Positions 1 through 10,828 of a stretch of DNA of 64,000 nucleotides are shown piece after piece. Each line of letters begins with the position of its first letter. Positions within the stretch are counted from its first letter, which is position 1. Both the position numbers and the translations under genes were made by a program. Below the pieces are notes generated by a model, which saw only the letters and a program-made list of their open reading frames with translations, was not told where the DNA came from and did not search any database. Source of the stretch: Chitinophagaceae bacterium (GTDB lineage Bacteria > Bacteroidota > Bacteroidia > Chitinophagales > Chitinophagaceae); contig OZ257130.1 of the NCBI GenBank assembly GCA_965279015.1, positions 575,723-639,722 on the forward strand, written 5' to 3'.

Positions 1-608
1 TAAATAAAATCCCGCGACTCCTGACCGGTTCCGAAAAGTTCTATCACTTCAAAGGCGGTAGCTTTCTTATAGATATCCCAAAACAATTGTTTTTTTAATC
101 CCGGGCCATAGGCCGAGAATATTCGTACTGAGCAGCTGGGAATTTTATAATAGTTATAAAATTCCCGGGCAATTAGTTCAGCCTGAAATTTATGCTCGCC
201 ATAAGGAGAAACAGGTTGTGGCACCATCATTTCATTTACTGGCAATTCAACTGGATTGCCATAAACAGCGGCGCTGGATAAATTCAAAAATTTACAGCCT
301 GGCTGGTGGATACGTATCGCATCAAGCAATTTGAATACATTGAAGGCGTTTAGCGTGTAATCACGCAGTGGATTCATAAGCGAATCACTTACGTTTGCGG
401 CTCCGGAACAATTGATGCAAGCGTCAAACCGGAAATCACGGAACAGGCTATGATAATCGGCATTCGTAGCATCGATCAGGAAATAATTCTTCCGCGAATA
501 ATCCACGGCTACATCGCATTCAAATACTTCGTATCCGAACCGTGGCGGAAACTGAGAAGCTACCGCGCTTCCGATAAATCCTTTGGAACCTATAACAAGA
601 ACTTTCAT
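1..608 (-). CDS. NAD-dependent epimerase/dehydratase, partial (runs off the window start; absent from the ORF track)
   Basis: Manual translation from ATG at 608: MKVLVIGSKGFIGS (GxxGxxG), later LSSAAVYG, PYGEHK (YxxxK) and RIFSAYGPG. Lies directly downstream of the flippase. Confidence 0.9.
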   Translation of the reverse strand, partial: MKVLVIGSKGFIGSAVASQFPPRFGYEVFECDVAVDYSRKNYFLIDATNADYHSLFRDFRFDACINCSGAANVSDSLMNPLRDYTLNAFNVFKLLDAIRIHQPGCKFLNLSSAAVYGNPVELPVNEMMVPQPVSPYGEHKFQAELIAREFYNYYKIPSCSVRIFSAYGPGLKKQLFWDIYKKATAFEVIELFGTGQESRDFI

Positions 609-618
609 AATTTAATTG

Positions 619-2019
619 TCAGGAAAGCCAGATCCCTTTAGCCTTGCCTGATAGTATTTTTTTTACCTGTACAATACATAATAAAGATCCCGGCAACAAA
701 CTCATCATATTAGCTACGCAAATACTGGCTAATCCAAGCTGGGTATGACGAAATAGAAAAATGGTTGCGGGTACAGTGATAATTCCCCCGCAAATCGCCG
801 AGTATAATTGGATATTCACTTTTCCAATAGCATTTAAAAAATATGAAAGGATATTATTAAACGCCGCGTGAAAATTATACAGGATCAACGTAATTGCGAA
901 TACAGGTGTAAGACTGATTGTTTCCGAAAGCCACCATTTGCTAATTGGTTCATAATAGGCAAGCATTACAAACCCCAATAACAACAAGCCAATATTCAGG
1001 AACACCATTTTCCGGATCATGTTGGCGATCCAATTTTTATCTCCCTGGTACCAGGCATTGGTAAATGCACCCCATAGTGGTGTGAGAATTATCCCAAATA
1101 ACATCAGGGATACTCCGTAATAACGGCTGCCGATATTAAATAGGGTTACTTCTTCCATAGAAAATAATTTGGCGATAATAAAATTGGAAGAAGAAAACAT
1201 TATCAATGCGGCTATCTGCACAAGGAAAAACTTTACGCCCAGGCTGAGCAAATCTTTACGCAATCCATGATCTACCATTCGGTGAGAAGGACGGAGCCAT
1301 TTATATCTTCCCCGGAAAAGTACATAGGTATATCCCACAAAAACCAATACGGGGGCCGCGCAAATGGAAAAAGTGATCAAATAAAAATTTGCGATTCCTG
1401 AATGATAAAAAAAATAAATCAATCCGAGTGTTAGCAGGTTAGAAACCGGCATGATCACATCGTTGAGATAGGATTGCTGATCCGCCAGCAGAATAACGCC
1501 AATCAATTGCAAAATGAAACGAACAATGAACAATGCGATCAGTAAATACATGCAGGAGTTAAGCCCTGGAACATCTGCCCTGTTTATACTCAGGGTATCA
1601 TACCAATTTATAAAAGGATGTGCTATTGTGTAAAGCAATAGTATTCCTAAAAAGATAGACGCGATATAGAAGTAAGCGGTACTGACATATTTCCGCCCCA
1701 GCATCCGGTCATTTTCCGCAATGCACTTGCCTAATTTGGTGCGTAACCCATTCCCCATTCCAATATCAAAAAAAGCGATCCAGTTAACCACCGATGTTAT
1801 GGTTAAGATGATTCCATATTGTTTTTTCCCAACTGCTTGTAAGCTGATAGGGACGAGTATAAAACTTACCACGATGGAAATCCCTTTCAGGAAAAGAGAA
1901 AGAAAAGTATTACGAAGCACGATGGCAGTCCTGCCATTAATGACTAACCTGCTATAAATTGCCTTGATCATACTTCTTTTATTTGTAAGAGGAGCGACTC
2001 CATTACCTGGTTTTTTCAC
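619..2019 (-). CDS. wzx: Polysaccharide flippase (Wzx/MATE-like); start possibly 1971
   Basis: About 12 hydrophobic segments, DxGxGNGLR motif, located in an EPS locus. Confidence 0.85.
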   Translation of the reverse strand: MKKPGNGVAPLTNKRSMIKAIYSRLVINGRTAIVLRNTFLSLFLKGISIVVSFILVPISLQAVGKKQYGIILTITSVVNWIAFFDIGMGNGLRTKLGKCIAENDRMLGRKYVSTAYFYIASIFLGILLLYTIAHPFINWYDTLSINRADVPGLNSCMYLLIALFIVRFILQLIGVILLADQQSYLNDVIMPVSNLLTLGLIYFFYHSGIANFYLITFSICAAPVLVFVGYTYVLFRGRYKWLRPSHRMVDHGLRKDLLSLGVKFFLVQIAALIMFSSSNFIIAKLFSMEEVTLFNIGSRYYGVSLMLFGIILTPLWGAFTNAWYQGDKNWIANMIRKMVFLNIGLLLLGFVMLAYYEPISKWWLSETISLTPVFAITLILYNFHAAFNNILSYFLNAIGKVNIQLYSAICGGIITVPATIFLFRHTQLGLASICVANMMSLLPGSLLCIVQVKKILSGKAKGIWLS

Positions 2020-2032
2020 AATAACTACTCTG

Positions 2033-3064
2033 TCACGCGTAGTGAGGTTCTATTTTTTCTAGGCGGTACCCTGCCCGTTTCAAGAGTTTTACCAGGCCAA
2101 TCACAAGCTTCATCTGTATTCTTTTTATCCGTGTTGGATTCTGTTGACGATGGTGATAGATCAACCGATCGTAATTTGAATTGAGATAAGAAACGATATA
2201 TGTATATACGGAAACATCGTGATTCATTTCCGAAAATTCAGTTTTAACCAAAACTCTATTGTCATTCATTCTCTTTTCCTTTTGCTCAGATATTCTGACA
2301 TCCTGTAATACCCATTCCTTGTGAATAACCGGCAACTTGGTATAAAATTCCTTTATATTGATCTGTTTAAGAGGCAATACTACGCTGCAACTATGGCTGG
2401 GTTTCCGGTAAAGGTTGAGATGATACTTTTCCGCCAGCAAGGACATCACAGACTGATCGTGCCGATGTTCAATAAAACCTGCCAGGTTTCCCTTCCCATC
2501 CACATTCGGGCTATCGGTAAGAATGTGGGCATCTTCACAAAATTTCATCCATTTATTTAAAATGTGCAAGGTGAATTTTGTTTTCCGGAAAAGCATAAAA
2601 GCCGCATCGCATTGCAGGCTAAACCAATAACGCTCGCTATCACAGTCCATCCGAACAAAACAATCCCTCTTGGTAAAATGCGCATTGAGGAAATTATGAT
2701 TGGCGAATAAAAGAACCGGCTCCTTCTCTCTGCAAAGATCTATCAAGGGTTGAAGGTTATCGATGATCTCAATTCCGCAATCTGAATAAATGACAATATC
2801 ACCATCATTCAATGACTTCATTACCTCCAGTATGATATAGGGCTTCCACAGCCAATAGCCGATCCCTCTTTTCTGTGAAAGAATGGATTGATGCCTGGTA
2901 TAAAAAGGAGTAGTAAGAATATCTTTTTCATAATCAAAAGTGCGGATATCCTGTATCCCAAATTTTTTCGCCGACCGGTTTAAATTTAGCCGGCTCTTCT
3001 CAAACGGCTTGTTTGATAAATTGGCAAGTACAACTCGCATATGGTTAGGTTTAATGGGTATCAA
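2033..3064 (-). CDS. Putative glycosyltransferase-like protein (WKPYII / YxDxG / HRHDQS family)
   Basis: Motifs GYWLWKPYII, VIYSDCG and EHRHDQSVMS; EPS locus context. Confidence 0.6.
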   Translation of the reverse strand: MIPIKPNHMRVVLANLSNKPFEKSRLNLNRSAKKFGIQDIRTFDYEKDILTTPFYTRHQSILSQKRGIGYWLWKPYIILEVMKSLNDGDIVIYSDCGIEIIDNLQPLIDLCREKEPVLLFANHNFLNAHFTKRDCFVRMDCDSERYWFSLQCDAAFMLFRKTKFTLHILNKWMKFCEDAHILTDSPNVDGKGNLAGFIEHRHDQSVMSLLAEKYHLNLYRKPSHSCSVVLPLKQINIKEFYTKLPVIHKEWVLQDVRISEQKEKRMNDNRVLVKTEFSEMNHDVSVYTYIVSYLNSNYDRLIYHHRQQNPTRIKRIQMKLVIGLVKLLKRAGYRLEKIEPHYA

Positions 3065-3103
3065 TTACAATATGGCAGGATCCCTTTCTTTATGCAACTC
3101 TTT

Positions 3104-4480
3104 TCAAGCGCCGGAAAATTTAAAAAAATACCAATACAGGAAATAACCTATCCCTGCAATTGTCATGGCCACAGGATAGAGCCATCCGGTTTCTTTCATG
3201 CGTGGTAAAAGCAATAAGAATAAGATCATCATCAATCCCGACAAATGACGTTCTCCTATTTGTGTATTAAATGAATAAGCCAACAATAAAAAGGCAACGA
3301 CAGTAAGCAATGCAAAATCTGAATGCGACTTCAGTGATTTTACTAACTCCACAAATACAAGTATTCCCAACATAGTGAACCCTGTCATCAGGAAAGAGGT
3401 AATAAAAGGCTGAATTTTTCCGGGAATGGTAATAAGATGAAAAACAAGGCCAGTAAACAGACCAGGGCCCTGGTAATCGCTGTATATTGGTTTGAATGCC
3501 AGTACCAGCAGGGTTGATAAAAAAAGAGAAGCAATCGCTTCCATCCGTTTAATTTTCTTTCGCCGGAAAAAAATATACGGTGAAAAATAGAAACCTGTAA
3601 CGAAGAGAATAGCTACAACCGTAGAGGGATAAAACGCCAGTGAATGACTGCGGAAATTGGGATGTGTCAATCCACCCCAATAAAAGAATAATGCTAGTGG
3701 TAATAATAATGGTATTGCCAGTAATAAATTGGACAAGAATAATTGTTTAAACGATTGCCTTCGATTCTTTTCTTTTCCAATAAGAAAAGAGAGCCCGCGG
3801 CAAGCAATGATCGCGAAAGGAATTACGATGAAAAATTGCTGGCAAAGTACCGCCATGGAAAAAGAGAGTCCTGTTAAAAATTCTCCGGACAAAGAAACTT
3901 GCTTTTCCTTTTCTGTTTTTTGCCAAAGCCACAATGCGAGTGCCAGAAAAAACAATCCATAGTTGATTGCATAAAAGACAAACGCGTTGACAAAAAAATA
4001 AGGGTAAAGAAGAACGGAGAATGAAAAATACTTTGAAACTTTATACGACTCCAGCAATTTTACAAATAATAAAAAAGTCGCGAAGGAGATGAGTGCAGTA
4101 ATAATTCTTGCCAGTGCCAGCGAAGGTGAAAAGAGTTTAGCCATTACCGATACAATAAAATACGGCAAGGGGGTATTGGCGGCTGAATAATGTTCGTTGA
4201 ATAGGGCCTCCCAGCCATTATTATAAAAATTCAACAGGTTAGGATAATGAAATACTGTTTCATCAAGAGTATAGTTACCTACTTTCAATAGGGATAACAA
4301 CAGGAAAAAAGAAAATATTCCCACGCTCACTCCGAAATAATTCCCGGATAGCTTCCTGCTGAAACCGTCTTGTCCTGAAAAAACTGATAAAGCTCGGGTC
4401 TGTATCCCGTTCGACTGCCGGATAATCATCTGGAGTAACTTGTGTTTAGTAAGATAGTAGTTCAGATAACCGGTAGTCAA
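3104..4480 (-). CDS. Polytopic membrane protein, GT-C-like glycosyltransferase or polymerase
   Basis: More than 10 TM segments; DETVFHYP motif after the first TM; EPS locus context. True start may be downstream (about 4429). Confidence 0.6.
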   Translation of the reverse strand: MTTGYLNYYLTKHKLLQMIIRQSNGIQTRALSVFSGQDGFSRKLSGNYFGVSVGIFSFFLLLSLLKVGNYTLDETVFHYPNLLNFYNNGWEALFNEHYSAANTPLPYFIVSVMAKLFSPSLALARIITALISFATFLLFVKLLESYKVSKYFSFSVLLYPYFFVNAFVFYAINYGLFFLALALWLWQKTEKEKQVSLSGEFLTGLSFSMAVLCQQFFIVIPFAIIACRGLSFLIGKEKNRRQSFKQLFLSNLLLAIPLLLPLALFFYWGGLTHPNFRSHSLAFYPSTVVAILFVTGFYFSPYIFFRRKKIKRMEAIASLFLSTLLVLAFKPIYSDYQGPGLFTGLVFHLITIPGKIQPFITSFLMTGFTMLGILVFVELVKSLKSHSDFALLTVVAFLLLAYSFNTQIGERHLSGLMMILFLLLLPRMKETGWLYPVAMTIAGIGYFLYWYFFKFSGA

Positions 4481-5549
4481 CGCTCTTTGTTTTAAAGAGG
4501 GTGATGTCGCTCTCCATCATCTCTTTAATCAACTCTTCGAGATTATACTGCGGTTCCCATCCTAATTTTGTTTTGGCTTTTGTTGGATCCCCTATCAGCA
4601 ATTCAACCTCCGTTGGACGGAAATACATTGGATCAACGGCCACCACTTCTTTTCCGATAGGCAGGTTAAATTCTTCGTTATCGCAGGCAACAACGATCCC
4701 TCTTTCCTTAATTCCTTCTCCAATGAATTCTACTTTTATCCCCGCTTCCGCGAAAGACATTCGAACAAAATCACGAACCGGTGTAGTAATGCCGGTTGCG
4801 ATTACATAATCCTCCGCTGTATCCTGTTGCAGTATGCGCCACATGGCATCTACATAATCTTTGGCATGTCCCCAATCTCTTTGTGAATCGAGATTACCCA
4901 GGTATAAGCAATCCTGAAGACCCAGCGCGATAGCCGACACGGCTCTTGTGATCTTACGGGTTACAAATGTTTCTCCACGTATAGGGCTTTCGTGGTTGAA
5001 TAATATTCCGTTGCAGGCAAACATTCCATAAGCCTCCCGGTAGTTTACCGTAATCCAGTAAGCATATAATTTAGCGACCGCGTATGGACTGCGTGGATAG
5101 AAAGGAGTTGATTCTTTTTGAGGAATCTCTTGTACCAGTCCATACAATTCGGAAGTGGAAGCCTGGTAAATTTTAGTTGATTTTTCCATACCCAGTATAC
5201 GAATGGCTTCTAATAACCGAAGCGTTCCGATACCATCGGCATTAGCTGTATATTCCGGAGTATCGAAACTCACTTTTACATGGCTCATGGCTGCCAGGTT
5301 ATAAATTTCATCAGGTTTTGTTTCCTGTATAATTCTTATCAGGTTGGTGCTATCGGTCATGTCGCCATAATGCAGTTTGAAGCGCAGATTTTTTTCATGA
5401 GGGTCGGCATAGAGGTGATCAATACGGGCTGTATTGATCAGCGACGAACGTCTTTTAACACCATGCACCATATATCCTTTTTTCAATAACAACTCCGACA
5501 GGTATGCTCCATCCTGTCCGGTAACGCCTGTAATTAATGCTGTCTTCAT
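4446..5549 (-). CDS. gmd: GDP-mannose 4,6-dehydratase
   Basis: [42 protein letters not shown]. Confidence 0.98.
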   Translation of the reverse strand: MKTALITGVTGQDGAYLSELLLKKGYMVHGVKRRSSLINTARIDHLYADPHEKNLRFKLHYGDMTDSTNLIRIIQETKPDEIYNLAAMSHVKVSFDTPEYTANADGIGTLRLLEAIRILGMEKSTKIYQASTSELYGLVQEIPQKESTPFYPRSPYAVAKLYAYWITVNYREAYGMFACNGILFNHESPIRGETFVTRKITRAVSAIALGLQDCLYLGNLDSQRDWGHAKDYVDAMWRILQQDTAEDYVIATGITTPVRDFVRMSFAEAGIKVEFIGEGIKERGIVVACDNEEFNLPIGKEVVAVDPMYFRPTEVELLIGDPTKAKTKLGWEPQYNLEELIKEMMESDITLFKTKSVDYRLSELLSY

Positions 5550-5572
5550 TCAATATAATTTTAGTGTTAAAA

Positions 5573-6529
5573 TCAGGCCACCAGTAAGGCGGGCCCTTTT
5601 TGATTGTACTGTGCGAGAAAATTCGCATAAGTCCGGTGTAATCCCTCGATAAGTGTTGTCTTATGTTTCCATCCCAGTCCATGTAATCGCGAAACATCAA
5701 GCAGTTTACGAGGAGTTCCATCCGGCTTTGATGGATTAAACTTTATTGCCCCGCGAAATCCGATTATTTCTTTAATCATCCACGATAGTTCTGTTATAGA
5801 GATATCAGTTCCAACACCAATATTCACAATACCTGCATCATTATAATTATTCATGAGATAAACACAGGCATCCGCCAGATCATCGGCATATAAAAATTCC
5901 CGGCGCGGCGTACCAGTTCCCCATACGATTACTTCTTCGCTGCCATCGATTTTCGCTTCGTGAAATTTTCGGATAAGCGCGGGTAAAACATGGGAATTAT
6001 TAAGATCGTAACTGTCGTTGGTACCATACAGGTTGGTGGGCATAACTGAAATGAAATTGGATCCGTACTGTTCACGGTATGCTTCGCACATTTTTATACC
6101 CGCGATTTTTGCGATGGCATATGGTTCATTACTGTGCTCAAGCAAACCACTCAACAGGTATTCTTCCTTAATGGGCTGTGGGGCCAGTCTTGGATAGATG
6201 CAGGAAGAACCAAGGAATAATAATTTCTTTACTCCCGTTCTGTACGATTGATGAATGATATTATTCTGGATCGCCAGGTTATCGTAAATAAAATCTGCAC
6301 GATACGTATTGTTTGCGTGAATTCCCCCGACTTTCGCTGCCGCTAAAAAAATATATTCCGGTTTTTCGTTTTCAAAAAATTTCTCTACTGCCTGTTGATT
6401 GCGCAGGTCCAGTTCGGAGGAAGTTCGTAGAAGAATATTTTTATATCCCTCCGATTCAAGTCTGCGCAGGATGGCCGAGCCAACCATACCCCGATGGCCG
6501 GCTATATATATTTTATCGTTTTGCTGCAT
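5573..6529 (-). CDS. fcl: GDP-L-fucose synthase
   Basis: [31 protein letters not shown]; adjacent to gmd. Confidence 0.97.
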   Translation of the reverse strand: MQQNDKIYIAGHRGMVGSAILRRLESEGYKNILLRTSSELDLRNQQAVEKFFENEKPEYIFLAAAKVGGIHANNTYRADFIYDNLAIQNNIIHQSYRTGVKKLLFLGSSCIYPRLAPQPIKEEYLLSGLLEHSNEPYAIAKIAGIKMCEAYREQYGSNFISVMPTNLYGTNDSYDLNNSHVLPALIRKFHEAKIDGSEEVIVWGTGTPRREFLYADDLADACVYLMNNYNDAGIVNIGVGTDISITELSWMIKEIIGFRGAIKFNPSKPDGTPRKLLDVSRLHGLGWKHKTTLIEGLHRTYANFLAQYNQKGPALLVA

Positions 6530-6543
6530 ATTGTTTCATTTTT

Positions 6544-6644
6544 GCTTGCCTTCGCGTAGCCGCTACGGCGAAGCGAGGCCGGTAAGACGGGAAGGTGGTA
6601 AGTTATTTTTCCAACTAATGAAAACGTCTTCCCGTCTTCCCGGC
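6544..6644. repeat. REP-like hairpin plus 8-mer (GGGAAGAC) inverted-repeat element
   Basis: cttcgcgtagccgctacggcgaag hairpin, then ccggtaagacgggaag ... gtcttcccgtcttcccgg; homologous to 17624-17789. Confidence 0.8.
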
Positions 6645-6674
6645 TATTGTCTTTATGCTTTTTTTCTATTTGTT

Positions 6675-7205
6675 TTAGGAGGCAATTGGGTTTTGTATTT
6701 TGTATTTGCTGATTACCTGGATATTTGTTTTATCCACTTCCGCCAACATTTGGTAACCTAATGATGGCAGGTACACTTTTACAGCGCGATTATTAATATG
6801 CAGCACATCTCCTTCCATGTTGGAAAGGGGTCCGCTGGTTACCCGGATACGATCGTGCAGGTTAACATCGGCTTTTTCCAGCTTAACATTTTCATGTTCG
6901 TTTAGGAAATCCTTGATTGCATCAATCTCATCATCCTTGATAACAGCGGGATTGCCTAACCAATAAACAAAATTTATTACGCCATCCGCTTGCTTGATCT
7001 CCTGGTATTCATCATTAGCCGCCCGAACAAATACATATGAATTAAACAACGGCTCCATCAAGGTTTTTTTCCGGTCGGACCACTGCCGCACTACTTTTGT
7101 TAGCGGGCAATATGCGTCAATCTTTTTTTGCATGAGCAAACCGGTTACCTTTTTCTCCCATTTTGGTCGGGTATAAACCGCATACCATTTTTTTGAATGT
7201 TCCAT
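6675..7205 (-). CDS. upxY: UpxY-family (NusG paralog) transcription antiterminator
   Basis: WYAVYTRPKWEKKV, PLFNSYVFV, C-terminal KOW (VTSGPL); EPS locus. Confidence 0.92.
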   Translation of the reverse strand: MEHSKKWYAVYTRPKWEKKVTGLLMQKKIDAYCPLTKVVRQWSDRKKTLMEPLFNSYVFVRAANDEYQEIKQADGVINFVYWLGNPAVIKDDEIDAIKDFLNEHENVKLEKADVNLHDRIRVTSGPLSNMEGDVLHINNRAVKVYLPSLGYQMLAEVDKTNIQVISKYKIQNPIAS

Positions 7206-7222
7206 AGTAGTATATTTTGAAG

Positions 7223-7264
7223 AGCTGCTAGCTGCTAGCCGTTAGCTATTAGCTGCTAGCTTCT
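7223..7264. repeat. Six tandem 7-mers (AGCTGCT consensus), single arm
   Basis: agctgct agctgct agccgtt agctatt agctgct agcttct; related to 23550-23664. Confidence 0.8.
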
Positions 7265-7319
7265 TCGGTTATAATAATTCTTCTGACTATTAATTATTTT
7301 TCTCTGGCCGATATCCCAT

Positions 7320-7372
7320 CCGCTATCGCTTCATTCTAAAAAAGGCTTCGCCCATAACAGCCACATCGGCGA
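7320..7372 (-). promoter_or_regulatory. Possible pause/attenuator leader of upxY with an ops-like motif
   Basis: Minus strand: short GC hairpins (tcgcc...ggcga, ggcgaagcc), a T6 run, then AGCGATAGCGG, which resembles RfaH ops GGCGGTAGCGT. Inference. Confidence 0.35.
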
Positions 7373-7417
7373 CTGAGCAATTGAAAATCATTCAATAAAA
7401 CTGTACAGAAATAATCG

Positions 7418-9781
7418 CTATGATCTCACCGGGTCGGCCTTTCTTCTCCGAGGAATTTCTTTCCGTACTTCATAATAATGACCATACCCATAACCATAGC
7501 CATAACCAAAATTATTCTTCGCGAACCCACGTGAACGGATACCGTTAAAAATAATAGCCGGGTTTTTCAGATGAACTGTTTTATTATCTTCATCCATACG
7601 CTGCACAACTATCTTAGGCGTGTATTTGTGCCTGATGATATAGAGGGTAGCATCGCATAAATGGGATAAAATATAGGGGTCGGATGAGGGGCCGGCAGGC
7701 GATGTATCAATCACTACATAATCAAATATTTCATCGAGATAAGATAATAAATTTTGCAAGCGTTCGCTCATGAGCAGTTCCGATGGATTATCCGGTAAGG
7801 AACCGGCAGGCATAAAAAATAAATTTTCACTTGATTCTACCCTCTTGATAATCTCTTCCGGTTCCACATCACCCGTCAAGTAGTCGGCCACTCCAGGTTC
7901 ATCATACTTCAAATAATTAAGTTTCTCACCCAGCGTTGGATTTACCAGGTCCAGCTCAACCAATACTACTTTCTTACCCGTAATAGCAATTGATAATGCG
8001 AGATTAGCGGAAACAAAACTTTTTCCTTCTCCTGAAATGGTAGAAGTAACCAGAATTTTTTTTCTCCCTGTTTTCGCTGATATGCCCATATGTGGAAGTG
8101 TTGCTCTTATTTTACGGAATTGCTCAGCAGCAAAGCTTCTTTTATTGGTACCAATTATCAACCCGGTGTTCGATTTTTCATATACCACTTCTCCGATCAC
8201 CGGTATAGAAGTAGACTTTTCAATTTCATTGCGATATAGGATCTTTTGGTTGAATAATTCATTAACAGTGAGCAAACCAAGCGTAATACCCAATGCTAAA
8301 ACCAATGCTGCCAGGTAGATCAGTTTTTTATTAGGACTGATAGGAGCGGTGCCCGCAACTGCTTTATCAACAATGCGGCTATCCGCAACAGTAGAAGAAT
8401 GCGATAAAGAAGCTTCTTCTCTTTTTTGCAGAAGAAAAGCATAGATATTATTCTTGGTGTTCTGGTCCCGGCTTATTTCCAGTAATTCCTTTTCTTTTTG
8501 AGGAAAAGATTGAAGCGAAGAAGAATAGCTATTATTAGTTGCTGATAAATTCCGCCGGCTTGCTTCCAAACCATTGCGCTGGCTTTGTATATTCTCCAGG
8601 ATACCCGGTTTTATTTTCCTAATCTGATCAGCAATGGAAACTACCGCGTAATTGTTTTCTCCGGTGGTTCTTACTCTTTTTTCATATTCGAGTTCCAGCG
8701 AGCTTAATTTTTCCAGCATTTGCGTTAGCAATGGATCATTTATCCCCATCATAGAAGGAACCAACCCGCCCTGATTATTTTTCGATTGAACGTGTTGCTC
8801 TACCTGGCCAAGTACCGCCAATTGCATGTTGATGGATCCCAGTTTCTGGTCGTTCTCACTCACATTTTGCAAAAAAAGTTTGCCTTGCGTGCTGATATCG
8901 ATGGCTCCTTTGCTTGTTTTAAATTTCTGCACTTTCTTTTCAATCGAATCCAGTTCGTGCACAACATAATTCAAGCGATCTTCTACAAATGCCAATGTAT
9001 TAATTGCCAATGAATTTTTATCGTTAATAGAAGCTTTGTTGTATTGTTCGATCAGTTTATCCAATATTAATTTTGCCCGGAACGGGGAAGCATCACTGAT
9101 CTTTAAGCTAATAACTGTTGAAAGTTTACTTACAGCCGATACATTCAATCTTGCCAGTAAATCGCCGGCTATATCTCCGGGGTTCGCAAGGAAAAAATAC
9201 AATTTACTATGGTTAGCGCATGCTCGTTCTGCTGTTTGAAACCGCAATTCCCCGTAGGGCGTTTGTACCCATTCGTTCATTGGATATGCTTTTCCTCCTG
9301 TTCTGATGAGTTGCTTTACTGAATCGTAGGAGAAAAATACTTTACCACTTCCGGTAAGAGAATCCGGATTTTTAGCAACGATGGATACCGGAGGAATAAA
9401 ACGGGCAATGGCTTTTACCGGCAATCCATCCTGTGAAACTGCCGCATATAAATGCAATTGTTTTACCACATCGCTCATCAATGAACGCGAACGAAGTATT
9501 TCAATTTCATTTTCAATAATTTTTTTGGTATGCAATAAGTTGAGTGACTCCAGCATTTTTGAATCATCCATTCCCTTCTTTTCATCTTTAATAAGCAATG
9601 TGGCTCCTGCCTGGTAAACTGGAACTTTAAACCGCAGGTAAAACCAGGCCCCGCCGATACTCAACATCAGGAAAATGATGAATAACGGCCAATAGGGAAA
9701 ATACCGGAACCATAATTGCGCCAGCATATTCCCCTCTTCCTGCTTTGTATTTCCCAAATTGTTTTGCATGTTATTAATCAT
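7418..9781 (-). CDS. wzc: Polysaccharide co-polymerase / tyrosine autokinase
   Basis: Wzz-like TM region, Walker A GEGKS, C-terminal Tyr cluster FGYGYGYGYGHYY. Confidence 0.95.
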   Translation of the reverse strand: MINNMQNNLGNTKQEEGNMLAQLWFRYFPYWPLFIIFLMLSIGGAWFYLRFKVPVYQAGATLLIKDEKKGMDDSKMLESLNLLHTKKIIENEIEILRSRSLMSDVVKQLHLYAAVSQDGLPVKAIARFIPPVSIVAKNPDSLTGSGKVFFSYDSVKQLIRTGGKAYPMNEWVQTPYGELRFQTAERACANHSKLYFFLANPGDIAGDLLARLNVSAVSKLSTVISLKISDASPFRAKLILDKLIEQYNKASINDKNSLAINTLAFVEDRLNYVVHELDSIEKKVQKFKTSKGAIDISTQGKLFLQNVSENDQKLGSINMQLAVLGQVEQHVQSKNNQGGLVPSMMGINDPLLTQMLEKLSSLELEYEKRVRTTGENNYAVVSIADQIRKIKPGILENIQSQRNGLEASRRNLSATNNSYSSSLQSFPQKEKELLEISRDQNTKNNIYAFLLQKREEASLSHSSTVADSRIVDKAVAGTAPISPNKKLIYLAALVLALGITLGLLTVNELFNQKILYRNEIEKSTSIPVIGEVVYEKSNTGLIIGTNKRSFAAEQFRKIRATLPHMGISAKTGRKKILVTSTISGEGKSFVSANLALSIAITGKKVVLVELDLVNPTLGEKLNYLKYDEPGVADYLTGDVEPEEIIKRVESSENLFFMPAGSLPDNPSELLMSERLQNLLSYLDEIFDYVVIDTSPAGPSSDPYILSHLCDATLYIIRHKYTPKIVVQRMDEDNKTVHLKNPAIIFNGIRSRGFAKNNFGYGYGYGYGHYYEVRKEIPRRRKADPVRS

Positions 9782-10586
9782 TAATTACGAGATCCAATAT
9801 AAGTACCGTCAGGGCCATACTGCTCAACATGATAGGTACCCACTGCTGGCCGCGACCGGCACCGGCTACCCTTGCTTTATTGGGTTCCACATAAATAACA
9901 TCATTTGATTTCAGGTAATAGAACTCGGAATCAAATAGCTCATTAGAATTAAGGTTGAACCTCCGTGATATTTTAACTCCATTATCTTCCCGTATCAACA
10001 ATACATTATCACGTTTTCCCCAAGCCGTAATATCGCCCGCTAATCCAATCGCTTCCAACATTGATATTTTTTCACTGGGTACATTTATTACTGAAGGACG
10101 GCCCACTTCACCCAATACCGTCACCCTGAAATTGAGATGCCGTACCACTACAATGGGATCCTTAAGCAATTTGTTTTTCAACAATAATGCTGTGATACCT
10201 TCTTCTAATTGTTGTTTGGTAAGACCCGCTACTTTGATCTGCCCCAATTCAGGAAACTTAATATAGCCTTCTGTAGTTACTAAATAACCGGAAGAGCTGG
10301 TAGAAGTAGAGGGCAATGAAACGGGGCCCGATGTTGCTGTACTGGTTAAATTGAACATCAATGTAGCCTGGGGATCGGGACTACTCACCGTTATACCTAA
10401 TAAATCATTGCTTTGAATTTTTGATACCGGTATGGAAAATGAAGTGCGGAGTGTATCGTTCTTTATATCGGGGAAGTATACCGACTTTTTAGTGTTGACA
10501 CATGCCGTAAACAAAAGCATGCACAACAAAATAATAGTGCCGAAATGGACGAATAAGGTTTTAGGCGGTTTCCTGCTGAGTACCAT
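9774..10586 (-). CDS. wza: Polysaccharide export lipoprotein
   Basis: Lipobox-like LFTAC, Poly_export region NDLLGITV, SLBB region VLGEVGRP and EAIGLAGD. Confidence 0.92.
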   Translation of the reverse strand: MVLSRKPPKTLFVHFGTIILLCMLLFTACVNTKKSVYFPDIKNDTLRTSFSIPVSKIQSNDLLGITVSSPDPQATLMFNLTSTATSGPVSLPSTSTSSSGYLVTTEGYIKFPELGQIKVAGLTKQQLEEGITALLLKNKLLKDPIVVVRHLNFRVTVLGEVGRPSVINVPSEKISMLEAIGLAGDITAWGKRDNVLLIREDNGVKISRRFNLNSNELFDSEFYYLKSNDVIYVEPNKARVAGAGRGQQWVPIMLSSMALTVLILDLVIND

Positions 10587-10796
10587 AAAATTTACATTTT
10601 ACGAACTTCTCATACAGGCAAATCAAATCGCTATATAAGATTCTTCAGAACATATCTGGATTGACTAATCAGTATAACCATGGCAAAAGCGATTTTATTC
10701 ATTTACTTAACAAGTATTTCATAGGTATAAACTCATACGTAAATTAATTTATAATATTGTCATCATGTTGTTCATTTCAGTTCTTTGGCACATTGT

Positions 10797-10815
10797 TTAT
10801 TAACACTGTTAATAA
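10797..10815. promoter_or_regulatory. Perfect palindrome TTATTAACA-C-TGTTAATAA upstream of wza (operator candidate)
   Basis: 9-bp inverted repeat with a 1-nt spacer seen directly; function inferred. Confidence 0.35.
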
Positions 10816-10828
10816 GTATGCGACAACG

